Assembly (NCBI GenBank): GCA_964460435.1
Contig: CAYWRH010000006.1
Span: forward strand, 192 to 64,191
Direction of reading: 5' to 3'
Length of the DNA stretch: 64,000 bases
Source: an uncultured Desulfatiglans sp.
GTDB taxonomy: Bacteria; Desulfobacterota; DSM-4660; Desulfatiglandales; HGW-15
Shown here: positions 1 through 8,904 of the stretch, in pieces
Layout of the letters: each line of letters begins with the position of its first letter
Position numbering within the stretch: position 1 is the stretch's first letter
The notes under the pieces: model-generated
Told to the model about the DNA's origin: nothing
What the model saw: only the letters and a program-made list of their open reading frames with translations
Databases searched by the model: none
Translations under genes and position numbers: made by a program

Positions 1-211
1 TTACTGATATTTCATTAATATCCAACCATATTCTGCGAACCAAATAAAAAATGTCAAAAAAATATTTAGTTTTCAAAGAGCTTATCAATAACCTGTTAAT
101 ATTATGGCTTTTTTTACCCTGCGAACCACCCTCTGATAAAAACCGTTAAAACCCTTCTCCTTAAAGGGTTTAGGTCATTACCATTTTTTTTAGCTACAGG
201 TTCGCAGACAC

Positions 212-502
212 TCAGACTATCATCGGTTCATCAGGGTCATAGGATTTTTTCAACCCCACCTGCTCAACCCTGTTCCTCCAGTTTGCACCCAAAAAATAAA
301 ACCTCAAACTATCTGTATTCTCATCTATCTTATTTATCAGCTTCTGTTTAAGCGCTGTCCACTGTGCCGGGTCCACCTGGCATTCAAAGACAGAAAACTG
401 AACCCTTTGACCATAATCCTTGCAGGTCTTTGCAACATGCCTTAAGCGGCGAGGCCCTTCAGGATCAGTTGTATCCACATCATAACAAACCACCACAAGC
501 AT
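212..502 (-). CDS. cas2: CRISPR-associated endoribonuclease Cas2
   Basis: 96-aa ORF with Cas2-like N-terminus MLVVVCYDV and FSVFEC motif. Its start lies 6 nt after the cas1 stop. Last gene of the cas operon. Confidence 0.9.
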   Translation of the reverse strand: MLVVVCYDVDTTDPEGPRRLRHVAKTCKDYGQRVQFSVFECQVDPAQWTALKQKLINKIDENTDSLRFYFLGANWRNRVEQVGLKKSYDPDEPMIV

Positions 503-508
503 ACTCTT

Positions 509-1540
509 TCACCTCCATATAAATGGCGGATACCCGTCTATATCACCGCGCAGGAATCTCGCCATAAGCAGGGCCTGGGTATAAAACAATATACCAATAG
601 TAACCTTTTCATTCAGATAAGGGTGATCAATAGTATCCTGCTTTCTCTTCTGATAGCTGGTAATGATCGCCTTTCTGGTTTCATCATCCATAATTACTGC
701 GCCGGACTCTGCTGTGGTAAACCCTTCAGGCCTTACCTGGTTAAGATTTATCATTGATAGGGCCATACGGTCTGCCAGAAATGGCCTGAATTCCTCCATC
801 ATGTCAAGCGCCAGGCCAGGCCTGCCAGGCCTGTCCCTGTGCAAAAAGCCGACAGCCGGGTCAAGCCCTGTTGTCTCAAGGGCAGACCGCACATCATGCA
901 GCACAATAGTGTAGATAAATGAAAGCAGGCAGTTTACGCGGTCAAGGGGAGGCCTTCTGCTGCGTTCCCTGAAATAGAATTCATCTTTCTGCGTAGTTAT
1001 CAGATGATCAAATACGCTGAAATATGCCCTTGCAGCCTCGCCCTCTATTCCCCTCAACACATCAAGGGGGAGATCCTCCTGCAGACGATCAAGGGAATAT
1101 CCTAATTTGTCTGCAACCTCTTTTACTGCCTCCACATTTATTTTATCAGGGTGATCCCTTAATGCCCTTTTGAGCACTGTCCTGCTGTTGGCAAGCTTTC
1201 CGGTCAATATGGATTTTACTATGCCTGTTGTTGCCTCCGGGTTATCAGCCCTTCGGTATTGCTCCCTTCTTAATAGCACATTGCCCGATACTGGCCCCTG
1301 CACCCTGGCAAGAAATCTGCCATTTTCAGTGAGAAAGCTGACAGCAACATCCCTTTCAGCGCAAAAGCCCAATAAATACGGGCTGCACATAACATTGCCA
1401 AAACATATTATCCCGCCAATGGTGTGTATTGGCAGCCTGAGTTTCACCTCCTTTTCCACATGCACAACCACTGTCTCACCCTCTTTATTGAGGTATGCCC
1501 CCTGGGTTGTTACAAACAGGGTGTTCAGATGTCTTTTCAT
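509..1540 (-). CDS. cas1: CRISPR-associated endonuclease Cas1, type I-C
   Basis: 343 aa. Cas1 motifs GIEGEAARAYF, NCLLSFIYT and DPAVGFLHRDRPGRPGLALDMMEEFRP. ATGA start/stop overlap with cas4. Confidence 0.95.
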   Translation of the reverse strand: MKRHLNTLFVTTQGAYLNKEGETVVVHVEKEVKLRLPIHTIGGIICFGNVMCSPYLLGFCAERDVAVSFLTENGRFLARVQGPVSGNVLLRREQYRRADNPEATTGIVKSILTGKLANSRTVLKRALRDHPDKINVEAVKEVADKLGYSLDRLQEDLPLDVLRGIEGEAARAYFSVFDHLITTQKDEFYFRERSRRPPLDRVNCLLSFIYTIVLHDVRSALETTGLDPAVGFLHRDRPGRPGLALDMMEEFRPFLADRMALSMINLNQVRPEGFTTAESGAVIMDDETRKAIITSYQKRKQDTIDHPYLNEKVTIGILFYTQALLMARFLRGDIDGYPPFIWR

Positions 1541-2205
1541 TTCTCAACCACCATCTCTTTCAAGTAATTTTTTATCATCCGGTTTTTGCTGACTGTCTTT
1601 GGCAGGCATAGGTCAGACATGGAGCAGTTATCGCATTTTTTTGAATACACCGCCTTTGGTGTGACACCTTCTGCAACAAGTTCATGGAACTCCCTTGCCA
1701 CACCTTTGGTGAACTGTCTTAATTCATCATCAAAAACAACATCCTCCCGCCGCCTGATTGCCCCGTAAAACAAGGCCCCCTGCAATATCCTTACATTCAG
1801 CATCTCTTCAAGGCACATGGCCTGGCCGCACAACTGCACCTTGTCAGAATTGTCCTTTTTTGGTTTGCCATGCTTGTACTCCACAGGAAAGGGCTGCCAT
1901 TTTAACATGTGACCATCTTCAGGATTATTTACCCTGTGAAACTCAACAACATCGGCCTTGGCAATCAGCCCCAGCTTTAAGGATCGCAAAGGCACTGCAT
2001 ATTCAATCCTGACATCACCCCTTGATTCGCTTCCGCCTTCATGCACCTTGTCATGCATGATCCTGCCTTCGGCTGTAAGCAGGTTTTCAGCCCAGGCCTG
2101 CTCAATATGGATAAGGGCTGCCTGCCTCCTGCAAAAGATCATATGCTGCAAACCTGAAAGGGGTAAAAGGTCATCCTCGGAGTAAATTATCTGGTCTTGT
2201 TCCAT
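1537..2205 (-). CDS. cas4: CRISPR-associated exonuclease Cas4 (RecB-like, Fe-S)
   Basis: 222 aa with an N-terminal Cys (IFCRRQ) plus a C-terminal Cys cluster CDNCSMSDLC. Sits directly upstream of cas1. ATG at 2205 with AGAGG 7 nt upstream. Confidence 0.9.
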   Translation of the reverse strand: MEQDQIIYSEDDLLPLSGLQHMIFCRRQAALIHIEQAWAENLLTAEGRIMHDKVHEGGSESRGDVRIEYAVPLRSLKLGLIAKADVVEFHRVNNPEDGHMLKWQPFPVEYKHGKPKKDNSDKVQLCGQAMCLEEMLNVRILQGALFYGAIRRREDVVFDDELRQFTKGVAREFHELVAEGVTPKAVYSKKCDNCSMSDLCLPKTVSKNRMIKNYLKEMVVEK

Positions 2206-2771
2206 TTTCGCGCCTCTGTTCTCACCCGGTGCAGCCGTTCGGTAAAACCGCCCTCTTCCAGAAAATCTTTCTCAAGGGTTCTTAACTGCTGGTCAAGAAG
2301 GTAGTTGGTCTGGTGGATAACACAAACAATGGTGTTGGCAGCAACTTCCTCGGAACTGCTTTCAATATAGGGCTTATACGTCCTATACGACCTATTCTTT
2401 TCATAACAAAGCCCCCTAACCTTTTTTGCAGCCGGGTTTTCTTTTTCCCAAAGCGAGAACCCCTTTTGCCTTAAAAAATCCTGGTAATCAAGCAACAGCT
2501 CCTCAAGGCTTGCCCTTGCCACGCCAATGAGTTTAAGCTCTGTCTTTTTTGATGTGCCGCTTGCCATGCATCCCTCTGCAATGTTCTGCTTCCCGCTACG
2601 AGCCGCCTGAACCATCTGGTCATGGGTGCGGGAAAACTTTGAGATAAACCTGTCACAGAACACCACAGTGGCATCATACACAATCTCGGACATCTGGTAT
2701 GATCTTAACTCACGGTATCCGCCATGTGCCGGGATAAGCCTTAATGAATCATTCTCTTTTTGACTGGGCAT
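2187..2771 (-). CDS. four-helix-bundle protein (23S rRNA intervening-sequence / S23-like family) with a C-terminal extension, embedded in the cas operon
   Basis: 194 aa. Family motifs QMVQAARSGKQNIAEG and ARASLEELLLDY. ATG at 2771 with GAGGT 5 nt upstream. The 3' end overlaps the cas4 start by 19 nt. Confidence 0.7.
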   Translation of the reverse strand: MPSQKENDSLRLIPAHGGYRELRSYQMSEIVYDATVVFCDRFISKFSRTHDQMVQAARSGKQNIAEGCMASGTSKKTELKLIGVARASLEELLLDYQDFLRQKGFSLWEKENPAAKKVRGLCYEKNRSYRTYKPYIESSSEEVAANTIVCVIHQTNYLLDQQLRTLEKDFLEEGGFTERLHRVRTEARKWNKTR

Positions 2772-2846
2772 GATTACCTCGTTTTCTTTTAAAAAGGCGT
2801 TGTAAAAAAGATGCTTTCAGGTGCCTCTAACAATCTGTTTAAAATA

Positions 2847-3722
2847 TTAAAAACCATCAATCTCTTCAGGTGATAAATCTTCCAATTTATTTATAGTGTA
2901 ACTTCCATCAGGCTTCACCGTAAGTGAGTTATGCACCTTAGCTGAGGAATATTGTCCTGCCTTACAGTTATGCTCATACCAGATAACTTTTTTAACTGTC
3001 ATGCTTCCTTCAGGTCTTGCTGAGGAGGCATCATTTTCAAAAAGTTTTGGAAGCACTTCTTTTATTTTTTGTGCATCATCATCTGAAAAACCTGTGGCTT
3101 CTGCAAGCTGGGGGTTCATACTGCCAAAAGTGACATAGATTGCCTCTTTCCCAATACGATGTTTCATTCCCATTTGATCGGGTTGTCTGTTTATTCCATC
3201 ACCCTCCAGGCTGGTGGATTTTATTATCTGCTCTGAAATAATATGACCGCTGACATCCTCAACGCTAAAGGCCGGGTGTATTGTGACAGGGCCTCTTATC
3301 CCTATGGATACACCAGTTGCACTTTCCCCGCTTCCAGAAGTATCCTCGGATTCCATTTTCTTTCCCTTCTTGTTGGAAGCCTTAAAGGGAAATATTTGCC
3401 CAAATGCCCTAACATCAAACCATGTCGCACAGGCTTGCTTTCTAATATCAGGGACATTTTTCATATCACCTAATACCGCTTCAGCCCTTTTCCTAAGATT
3501 TGGATAATCATCTTTTTTATTGTCATCTGATTGAACAAATATATTCTCTCCCTTCTCAAGTAGTCTGTCTCTTATTTTACGTTTAAGACATACATCTGTA
3601 ATCTCGCCAAAACCATCATAATCAGTACGTGGGCGGTTCCCATTTAATGGATCGCCATTTGGGTTGGCATTTTTCACACTTATAATAACTGCAAAATCGA
3701 TCTTTTTACTCAAAGTTGTCAT
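2847..3722 (-). CDS. cas7: Cas7 (Csd2), type I-C backbone subunit
   Basis: Motif VKNANPNGDPLNGNRPRTDYDGFGEITDVCLKRKIRD is typical of Csd2/Cas7. The ORF opens at 3779, but AGGAGG precedes the ATG at 3722 (MTTLSKK), so that start is preferred. Confidence 0.85.
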   Translation of the reverse strand: MTTLSKKIDFAVIISVKNANPNGDPLNGNRPRTDYDGFGEITDVCLKRKIRDRLLEKGENIFVQSDDNKKDDYPNLRKRAEAVLGDMKNVPDIRKQACATWFDVRAFGQIFPFKASNKKGKKMESEDTSGSGESATGVSIGIRGPVTIHPAFSVEDVSGHIISEQIIKSTSLEGDGINRQPDQMGMKHRIGKEAIYVTFGSMNPQLAEATGFSDDDAQKIKEVLPKLFENDASSARPEGSMTVKKVIWYEHNCKAGQYSSAKVHNSLTVKPDGSYTINKLEDLSPEEIDGF

Positions 3723-3744
3723 ATTATAGATTCCTCCTTTTGAA

Positions 3745-4185
3745 TTATATGTACTCATCTGGTTCAATTTCCTGATCATCTTTATCTTCTACTTTTTTAA
3801 GTACCCATTGCCCTTTTTCCCTCTTGTGTTCGTTGAGCCATTTACGCTGGCAATGGTAGCCAAGTAAAAACTCACCACTTAACCTGCTGTCTTTTGTAAA
3901 ATCATCAGCGTTAAATTTACCGCAAATATTGTCTAACAATTCCATATAACCACTAAGCAACCCCGGCATCTTTGCATTAAGCCTTGATTTATATGGCGTT
4001 AGGCTTGTTTCAATTGTACGCCATGTCGAATAGGGTCTATCGGCAAATCGCTGCATTAATCTGGCAGCGGTGGTTTCACGCTTTTCAGCGGCCAAATAAA
4101 GCGCCATGCCTTCCATCTTTTCTGCAACAGCTAAAAGCCTGCCATAGAGATAATCCCTTGTATTTCTATCATCTTCACATCCCAT
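3745..4185 (-). CDS. cas11c: probable Cas11c small subunit translated from an internal start within cas8c
   Basis: In-frame ATG at 4185 is preceded by GAAAGGAGG with a 6-nt spacer (minus strand gaaaggaggtatgtaATGggatgt). It would give a 146-aa C-terminal product. Internal translation of Cas11 from cas8c is established for I-C systems. Confidence 0.55.
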   Translation of the reverse strand: MGCEDDRNTRDYLYGRLLAVAEKMEGMALYLAAEKRETTAARLMQRFADRPYSTWRTIETSLTPYKSRLNAKMPGLLSGYMELLDNICGKFNADDFTKDSRLSGEFLLGYHCQRKWLNEHKREKGQWVLKKVEDKDDQEIEPDEYI

Positions 4186-5712
4186 TACATACCTCCTTTC
4201 AATATTAAAACCCTTATATAACGAACACGCTATACCTAAGCACTTTTCAAATTCCCATGGTTCTAGTCCGGCCCTATTTGAAACACGCCTTACACACTGT
4301 TCAACCAGATCACGAGGAACCGGCCTTCCATCAATGATCGATGGCATCAGACGCTCAATGGTAGCATTGAGAAGTTTGACACCATTTTTACCCTCTGCTT
4401 TTTTACCATAGGCACACCATGCAATATCTTTGGGTGCAGGGGCGCCCACAAAAATGATCTGATTTTTGGACTCTTTATCCTTCCCATAATTCTGAAGCCA
4501 TGCAAAATCAGTATGCCATTTTTCTATTCTTTTAAGGAATTCTGAACCGGTAAGCTCTCTATAAAAGGTTATGGCCATTCGACCGGGTGTCGCAGAGTCA
4601 AGCCCCATTACAACAATATCTTCGGTATCTGATATGTCGGCTTTATATCCTGCAAGCTTTCTTATAAAGCGCCTTGCAAAGGCTTGACCAACATCCCCGA
4701 CTTCTGATTGAGAGTCATGTATTTGTAATTCTTCACCAAGAAAATCCCAGGAATTAGCGCAAGGGTCAGGAATTAGTTTGCCAGATGTAGCCCATGCAAC
4801 AAATACTTGATCACCGTTTCTGAATGCTTGCCTACGTATAAGCCATTGCAATGCGATATGGGCCTTCTGAGTAACTTCATATGAGACACCAGCTGCTTGA
4901 TCTGAGTCCAGAAATCTTCCCATAAACGTGTATCCAGTAAAATCATTTGAAGAAATTAATTTTGCTTTATCAGCATCATGTCGCAATTTAGCAGGATGAT
5001 TGTCTGCAATTTTATCTTTTTCATTTCCAGTGACATAACAAAAACCTTCTTTTTTAATGAGAGTTTTATTAAATGATATCCAAGATTCTTTTAAAGTTTC
5101 TGAGTCCCAAGTTGCGGTCTCTAATTTATCGCCTTCAACACGAAAACGCGCAAAGGCATCCATAGGTACTTGACCAGGCGGAAGTGCCCTAAATATCGGA
5201 TGGGCATCTTTTTTGTCACCATCATATGATTCTGAAACAATTTCTCCATTTACCGGCAATAATCCATCTGAAATAAGATCAGCAATTACAGTACCCTTTT
5301 TAAGGTATGTATAAATTGCATTGACCATTGGATGAGAAGTAGCTTTGTTCCATTCACTCAGTAATTTTAAAAAATCATCATGAGGTTCTGACGGTGCTTT
5401 TGCAAAGCCTCTAGTTACTTTACCTCCATATTTTAAATAATCTCCAGCAATGTATTGCAATTTATCACACAGTGGATGGTTTTTTGGTTTTATGCCAGAA
5501 CGACCTCCAGACTCTTCTGTACAGGGAATGAGTGTTTTCTGATCATCTTTTTTTTCAAGAACTTTAGAGCGCCCACGTCTAAAATTGCCATTTTTATCAA
5601 TAATTATCTCTATATGAGCCATCTGTGTTGTATGTGCGATAGGATTTGGTGGATCAGGTACATGCTTTGAACATTTTTCATATGTTTCATATAATTTCTG
5701 TAACCAACTCAT
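3745..5712 (-). CDS. cas8c: Cas8c (Csd1), type I-C large subunit
   Basis: 655 aa, located between cas5 and cas7. ATGA overlap with the cas5 stop. Size and position fit Csd1, and the N-terminus MSWLQKLYETYEKC is Csd1-like. Confidence 0.8.
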   Translation of the reverse strand: MSWLQKLYETYEKCSKHVPDPPNPIAHTTQMAHIEIIIDKNGNFRRGRSKVLEKKDDQKTLIPCTEESGGRSGIKPKNHPLCDKLQYIAGDYLKYGGKVTRGFAKAPSEPHDDFLKLLSEWNKATSHPMVNAIYTYLKKGTVIADLISDGLLPVNGEIVSESYDGDKKDAHPIFRALPPGQVPMDAFARFRVEGDKLETATWDSETLKESWISFNKTLIKKEGFCYVTGNEKDKIADNHPAKLRHDADKAKLISSNDFTGYTFMGRFLDSDQAAGVSYEVTQKAHIALQWLIRRQAFRNGDQVFVAWATSGKLIPDPCANSWDFLGEELQIHDSQSEVGDVGQAFARRFIRKLAGYKADISDTEDIVVMGLDSATPGRMAITFYRELTGSEFLKRIEKWHTDFAWLQNYGKDKESKNQIIFVGAPAPKDIAWCAYGKKAEGKNGVKLLNATIERLMPSIIDGRPVPRDLVEQCVRRVSNRAGLEPWEFEKCLGIACSLYKGFNIERRYVMGCEDDRNTRDYLYGRLLAVAEKMEGMALYLAAEKRETTAARLMQRFADRPYSTWRTIETSLTPYKSRLNAKMPGLLSGYMELLDNICGKFNADDFTKDSRLSGEFLLGYHCQRKWLNEHKREKGQWVLKKVEDKDDQEIEPDEYI

Positions 5713-6440
5713 AAAGCCACCTCCATTTCCTCAGCTTCTTGGCAAACCGATTTTATATTGTCTTTACCAAAACTCCTTGGGGTCATCTGCCGAACCAGTT
5801 TCTTGTATCTGCATTCTTCAGGTCGTTCAAAAAAGAGAATCCCTCTTTTTAATACAGGGTACCAGAACCTGGCATACAGCTCATTTCCTCCGGTTTCGTC
5901 TGGATAATCAAAACCGTGAAACATAAGCCCATATGCTATTTCCTCATCATCGTCGTATGCGCCTAGGCCTTCACCGAACGCACAAGGAGCCACATAACCC
6001 TGGCAATCACGAGTACCGAGAAAAATATCCTGCCTTCCCCCACGCTCCAGCATCCTATTTGCTATGGCAAAGTGTTTGCCATCAATTCTGTCTCCCTTAA
6101 GTGCTGTATGATGTTCATTCCACTCGAAATGAGCTCTGACCTGATATTCCACATCAGAAAGGAAGGTATAAATTGCCAGTGTATTACCGCTGCTAAAATC
6201 AAGCGGCTTTGTACCTTTTGTTTGTGTACGGATGCGTTTTATTACCCGTACTGCATCCACAATCCAGATAATTGTAGGCTTCCAGTAAATGGACTTACAT
6301 ACACCTTTAATCGCCTCATAGGTAGGCAGATGATATGAACATTTTTCGCCTCCGATCTTGGTAATCGGGTCAGTGAAAAGAGCATATCTGCCCCATAATC
6401 TGAATTCGATCGTGTTTTTAGGTAATGCATTCATCTTCAA
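5709..6440 (-). CDS. cas5: Cas5c (Cas5d) pre-crRNA-processing subunit
   Basis: Motif FRLWGRYALFTDPITKIGGEKCSYHLPTYEAIKGVCKSIYWKP is typical of Cas5d. TTG at 6440 has AAGGAGG 6 nt upstream. An alternative ATG lies at 6434. Confidence 0.85.
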   Translation of the reverse strand: MKMNALPKNTIEFRLWGRYALFTDPITKIGGEKCSYHLPTYEAIKGVCKSIYWKPTIIWIVDAVRVIKRIRTQTKGTKPLDFSSGNTLAIYTFLSDVEYQVRAHFEWNEHHTALKGDRIDGKHFAIANRMLERGGRQDIFLGTRDCQGYVAPCAFGEGLGAYDDDEEIAYGLMFHGFDYPDETGGNELYARFWYPVLKRGILFFERPEECRYKKLVRQMTPRSFGKDNIKSVCQEAEEMEVAL

Positions 6441-8904
6441 ATTGTTCCTCCTTTTCTACCGGCTCCAGAGAAAGGCCGGTTGTTTTACTATAATATTGAT
6501 GATCCAGATAAAATATTTCTGTTCCTTCCTGTACAGGATGTAGGGCACCCTGAGAAGTTAGTTCCTCAAATTCATGTGGGTATAGGTTTACTGAAAACTG
6601 CTGTGCTTTTTTAATCAGTGCATACTGCTTTTCAATCTCGAATGCCCCGCAAAGCTGAGCTACAAGCTCTTTTCCTTCACAGTCATATTTTACAATAACG
6701 CTTTGACTCGGTGCTTCAATAGACTTGAAATGCTTGGCCGCTGACATAAATGATTGTCTGAGATTTATTTCAGGCAATTTATTGTGGCTGCGGCTATAAT
6801 CGTAAACCGCAAGAGAATTTGTTGAAAGCATATTCAATATGGTGTCCTTTCGGAAGGCATCAACAGGATAATCCATAATATCCTTTCTGTCGTAAAAATA
6901 GTTTTTATAATACCATTCCAGCATCTTTGGACCGATTGCATCGTTGTCATATTTTACTGGGTCGGTTTTATAGTCATCAAGAACGCGATTTGATTTCTCC
7001 TGTCCGACTTTAATTTCATCTAGATGTGCAAGATTTTCTTCTGCGGCATTAACAATAAATACATTCCCTTTTATAGGGCTACCATGCCTGTTGCAGCGAC
7101 CAGCGGCCTGTGTAATAGAATCCAGCCCGGCTAAAAGGCGAATAACTGAACGAAAGTCTATATCAACGCCAGCTTCAATCAATTGTGTGCTGATACAGAT
7201 TATGGGCTTTTGATCCTCTAGCCTTTGTCGAATTAGATTGAGTGTCTTCTTTCTGTGTACAGGGCACATCCCCGTACTCAAATGAAAAACCTCAAAACCT
7301 TTATTTTTAACTTCTTCAAAGATAACACGGCCCGGCCTTTTTGTATTAACCACTACAAGACAATTACCTTCCTTTTTTACTTGATCAAAAGAAAGTTCTG
7401 CAATTTCGGTGGAAGTCCATCCTCCTGGCCTGCGCCGGTCATTAACAGAAACCCTCTTCAGTTCGTTAAACAGTCTAGTTACATCTGGCACCAACTCATT
7501 ATTCTTGGAAAGTTTTAATCTGCCTTTCTTTTCATCTACATCACCAAGAAGTGGCTGTGTTGCAGTGCAGAGGACAACCGTGCTTCCGCAGTGGTCTACT
7601 AGAAAATTGACAGCGTTATTGAAAATATGAACACACTTTATTGGCAGGGTCTGTATTTCGTCGAATATAATGACTGCTTTTGCTAACTGGTGCATCCTTC
7701 TGGCGTTTCGAGTTCCAGCCCCGAAAAAGGCTTCGAGAAACTGAACCATTGTTGTAAAAATAACCGGAGCATCCCAGTTCTCTGTTAAAAGCTTCTCCTT
7801 CCAGGTCTGTTTCTCTGCCCCTATATTTGAATGGTGTTCAAGAAGAACCTTTCCTGCATCTTCAGGGCAATCTGCCGGTTCAAGGATTTCCCGGACAATT
7901 TGAGCATTCTGATCAATGATGGTAGTAAATGGGACTATATAGAATATATGGTTCATCTCATGCTTTTTGGCATGATGCAAGGCAAAACGCAAGCTGGCAA
8001 GGGTTTTACCTCCCCCTGTAGGCACAGTTAGAGTAAACAAACCTTTATCTCTGTCAGCCGCAAAAAAACAATTTTCTGCCACCTCATTCCGGATTTCATC
8101 GACTCGGTTTTTTTTCTCAAATGTCTTATACTTTTTTTCAATTCGTTCAACTAATACATCCCATGACTTGTAACTGCCTTTAAGCCGATATCTTTTCATT
8201 TTCTGATTTTCTGAATCGGCTGTATCCTGACGATCTGCATCAATAAGAGTACTAAATAAAATTCGTATGAGTAGCCCCAAATTGAACTGAGCAATAATAG
8301 AATTCGGGCTCTTCTCTGGAGATGAACATATAATCTGGCGGCCTATTTCCTCAAAAGGCTTGGCAAAGGATTTTATTGAAATAATTTTGTTTATCTTATT
8401 GAAAACCGACTTATCAACCCCCTTGATGCACTCACTTAAATGTGTTTTGACATCATCTTTTGATAAACGCTTTGAATATGAATCCCATGTGCCATTGTTG
8501 TCCGTCTTTATGCAATCAATAAGGCCAGAGTGGTGTGAAACCAGGCAAACAGAAAGAATCTCACCGATTATTCTACATGAACTGGATTTATTTGCTATTT
8601 TATTTAGATATTTTACAAGATACTGGGCGCCGGCAGTTGAATGATCTATTTTGCCTCTTCTTTCATCCACATTTTCAAAATCTTCGTCTTCATCAGGATC
8701 AAAATCTTTATCATTACTTTTTATAGCATCCGAAAGATATTTTTGAAATTCGCTACTATATTTTCCAAAATCGTGTAGTAGTCCCAGCAATTCTCCATAA
8801 TTACCCATCCCAATCTTTTCAGCATGATTTTTTGCAAGCTCCGCAACACACTGAAGATGTTCTTCTAAGGTTTGTTTACTATGTGCATAATATCCTGAAC
8901 GCAT
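6418..8904 (-). CDS. cas3: Cas3 HD nuclease/helicase
   Basis: 828 aa. N-terminal HD domain (LLGLLHDFGK), helicase motif I TVPTGGGKT and motif II IIFDEIQ. First gene of the operon. Confidence 0.92.
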   Translation of the reverse strand: MRSGYYAHSKQTLEEHLQCVAELAKNHAEKIGMGNYGELLGLLHDFGKYSSEFQKYLSDAIKSNDKDFDPDEDEDFENVDERRGKIDHSTAGAQYLVKYLNKIANKSSSCRIIGEILSVCLVSHHSGLIDCIKTDNNGTWDSYSKRLSKDDVKTHLSECIKGVDKSVFNKINKIISIKSFAKPFEEIGRQIICSSPEKSPNSIIAQFNLGLLIRILFSTLIDADRQDTADSENQKMKRYRLKGSYKSWDVLVERIEKKYKTFEKKNRVDEIRNEVAENCFFAADRDKGLFTLTVPTGGGKTLASLRFALHHAKKHEMNHIFYIVPFTTIIDQNAQIVREILEPADCPEDAGKVLLEHHSNIGAEKQTWKEKLLTENWDAPVIFTTMVQFLEAFFGAGTRNARRMHQLAKAVIIFDEIQTLPIKCVHIFNNAVNFLVDHCGSTVVLCTATQPLLGDVDEKKGRLKLSKNNELVPDVTRLFNELKRVSVNDRRRPGGWTSTEIAELSFDQVKKEGNCLVVVNTKRPGRVIFEEVKNKGFEVFHLSTGMCPVHRKKTLNLIRQRLEDQKPIICISTQLIEAGVDIDFRSVIRLLAGLDSITQAAGRCNRHGSPIKGNVFIVNAAEENLAHLDEIKVGQEKSNRVLDDYKTDPVKYDNDAIGPKMLEWYYKNYFYDRKDIMDYPVDAFRKDTILNMLSTNSLAVYDYSRSHNKLPEINLRQSFMSAAKHFKSIEAPSQSVIVKYDCEGKELVAQLCGAFEIEKQYALIKKAQQFSVNLYPHEFEELTSQGALHPVQEGTEIFYLDHQYYSKTTGLSLEPVEKEEQFEDECIT

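Noticed and set aside
1-211. CRISPR array expected directly downstream of cas2
   Set aside because: There are no direct repeats of 28-37 nt at regular 60-75 nt spacing. The only recurring word is a 9-mer, at irregular spacing and in mixed orientation. If an array exists, it lies outside the window.
2187-2771. Diversity-generating retroelement, since the four-helix-bundle protein shares the Avd fold
   Set aside because: No reverse transcriptase ORF is present and no template/variable repeat pair is visible within several kb. The context is purely cas genes.
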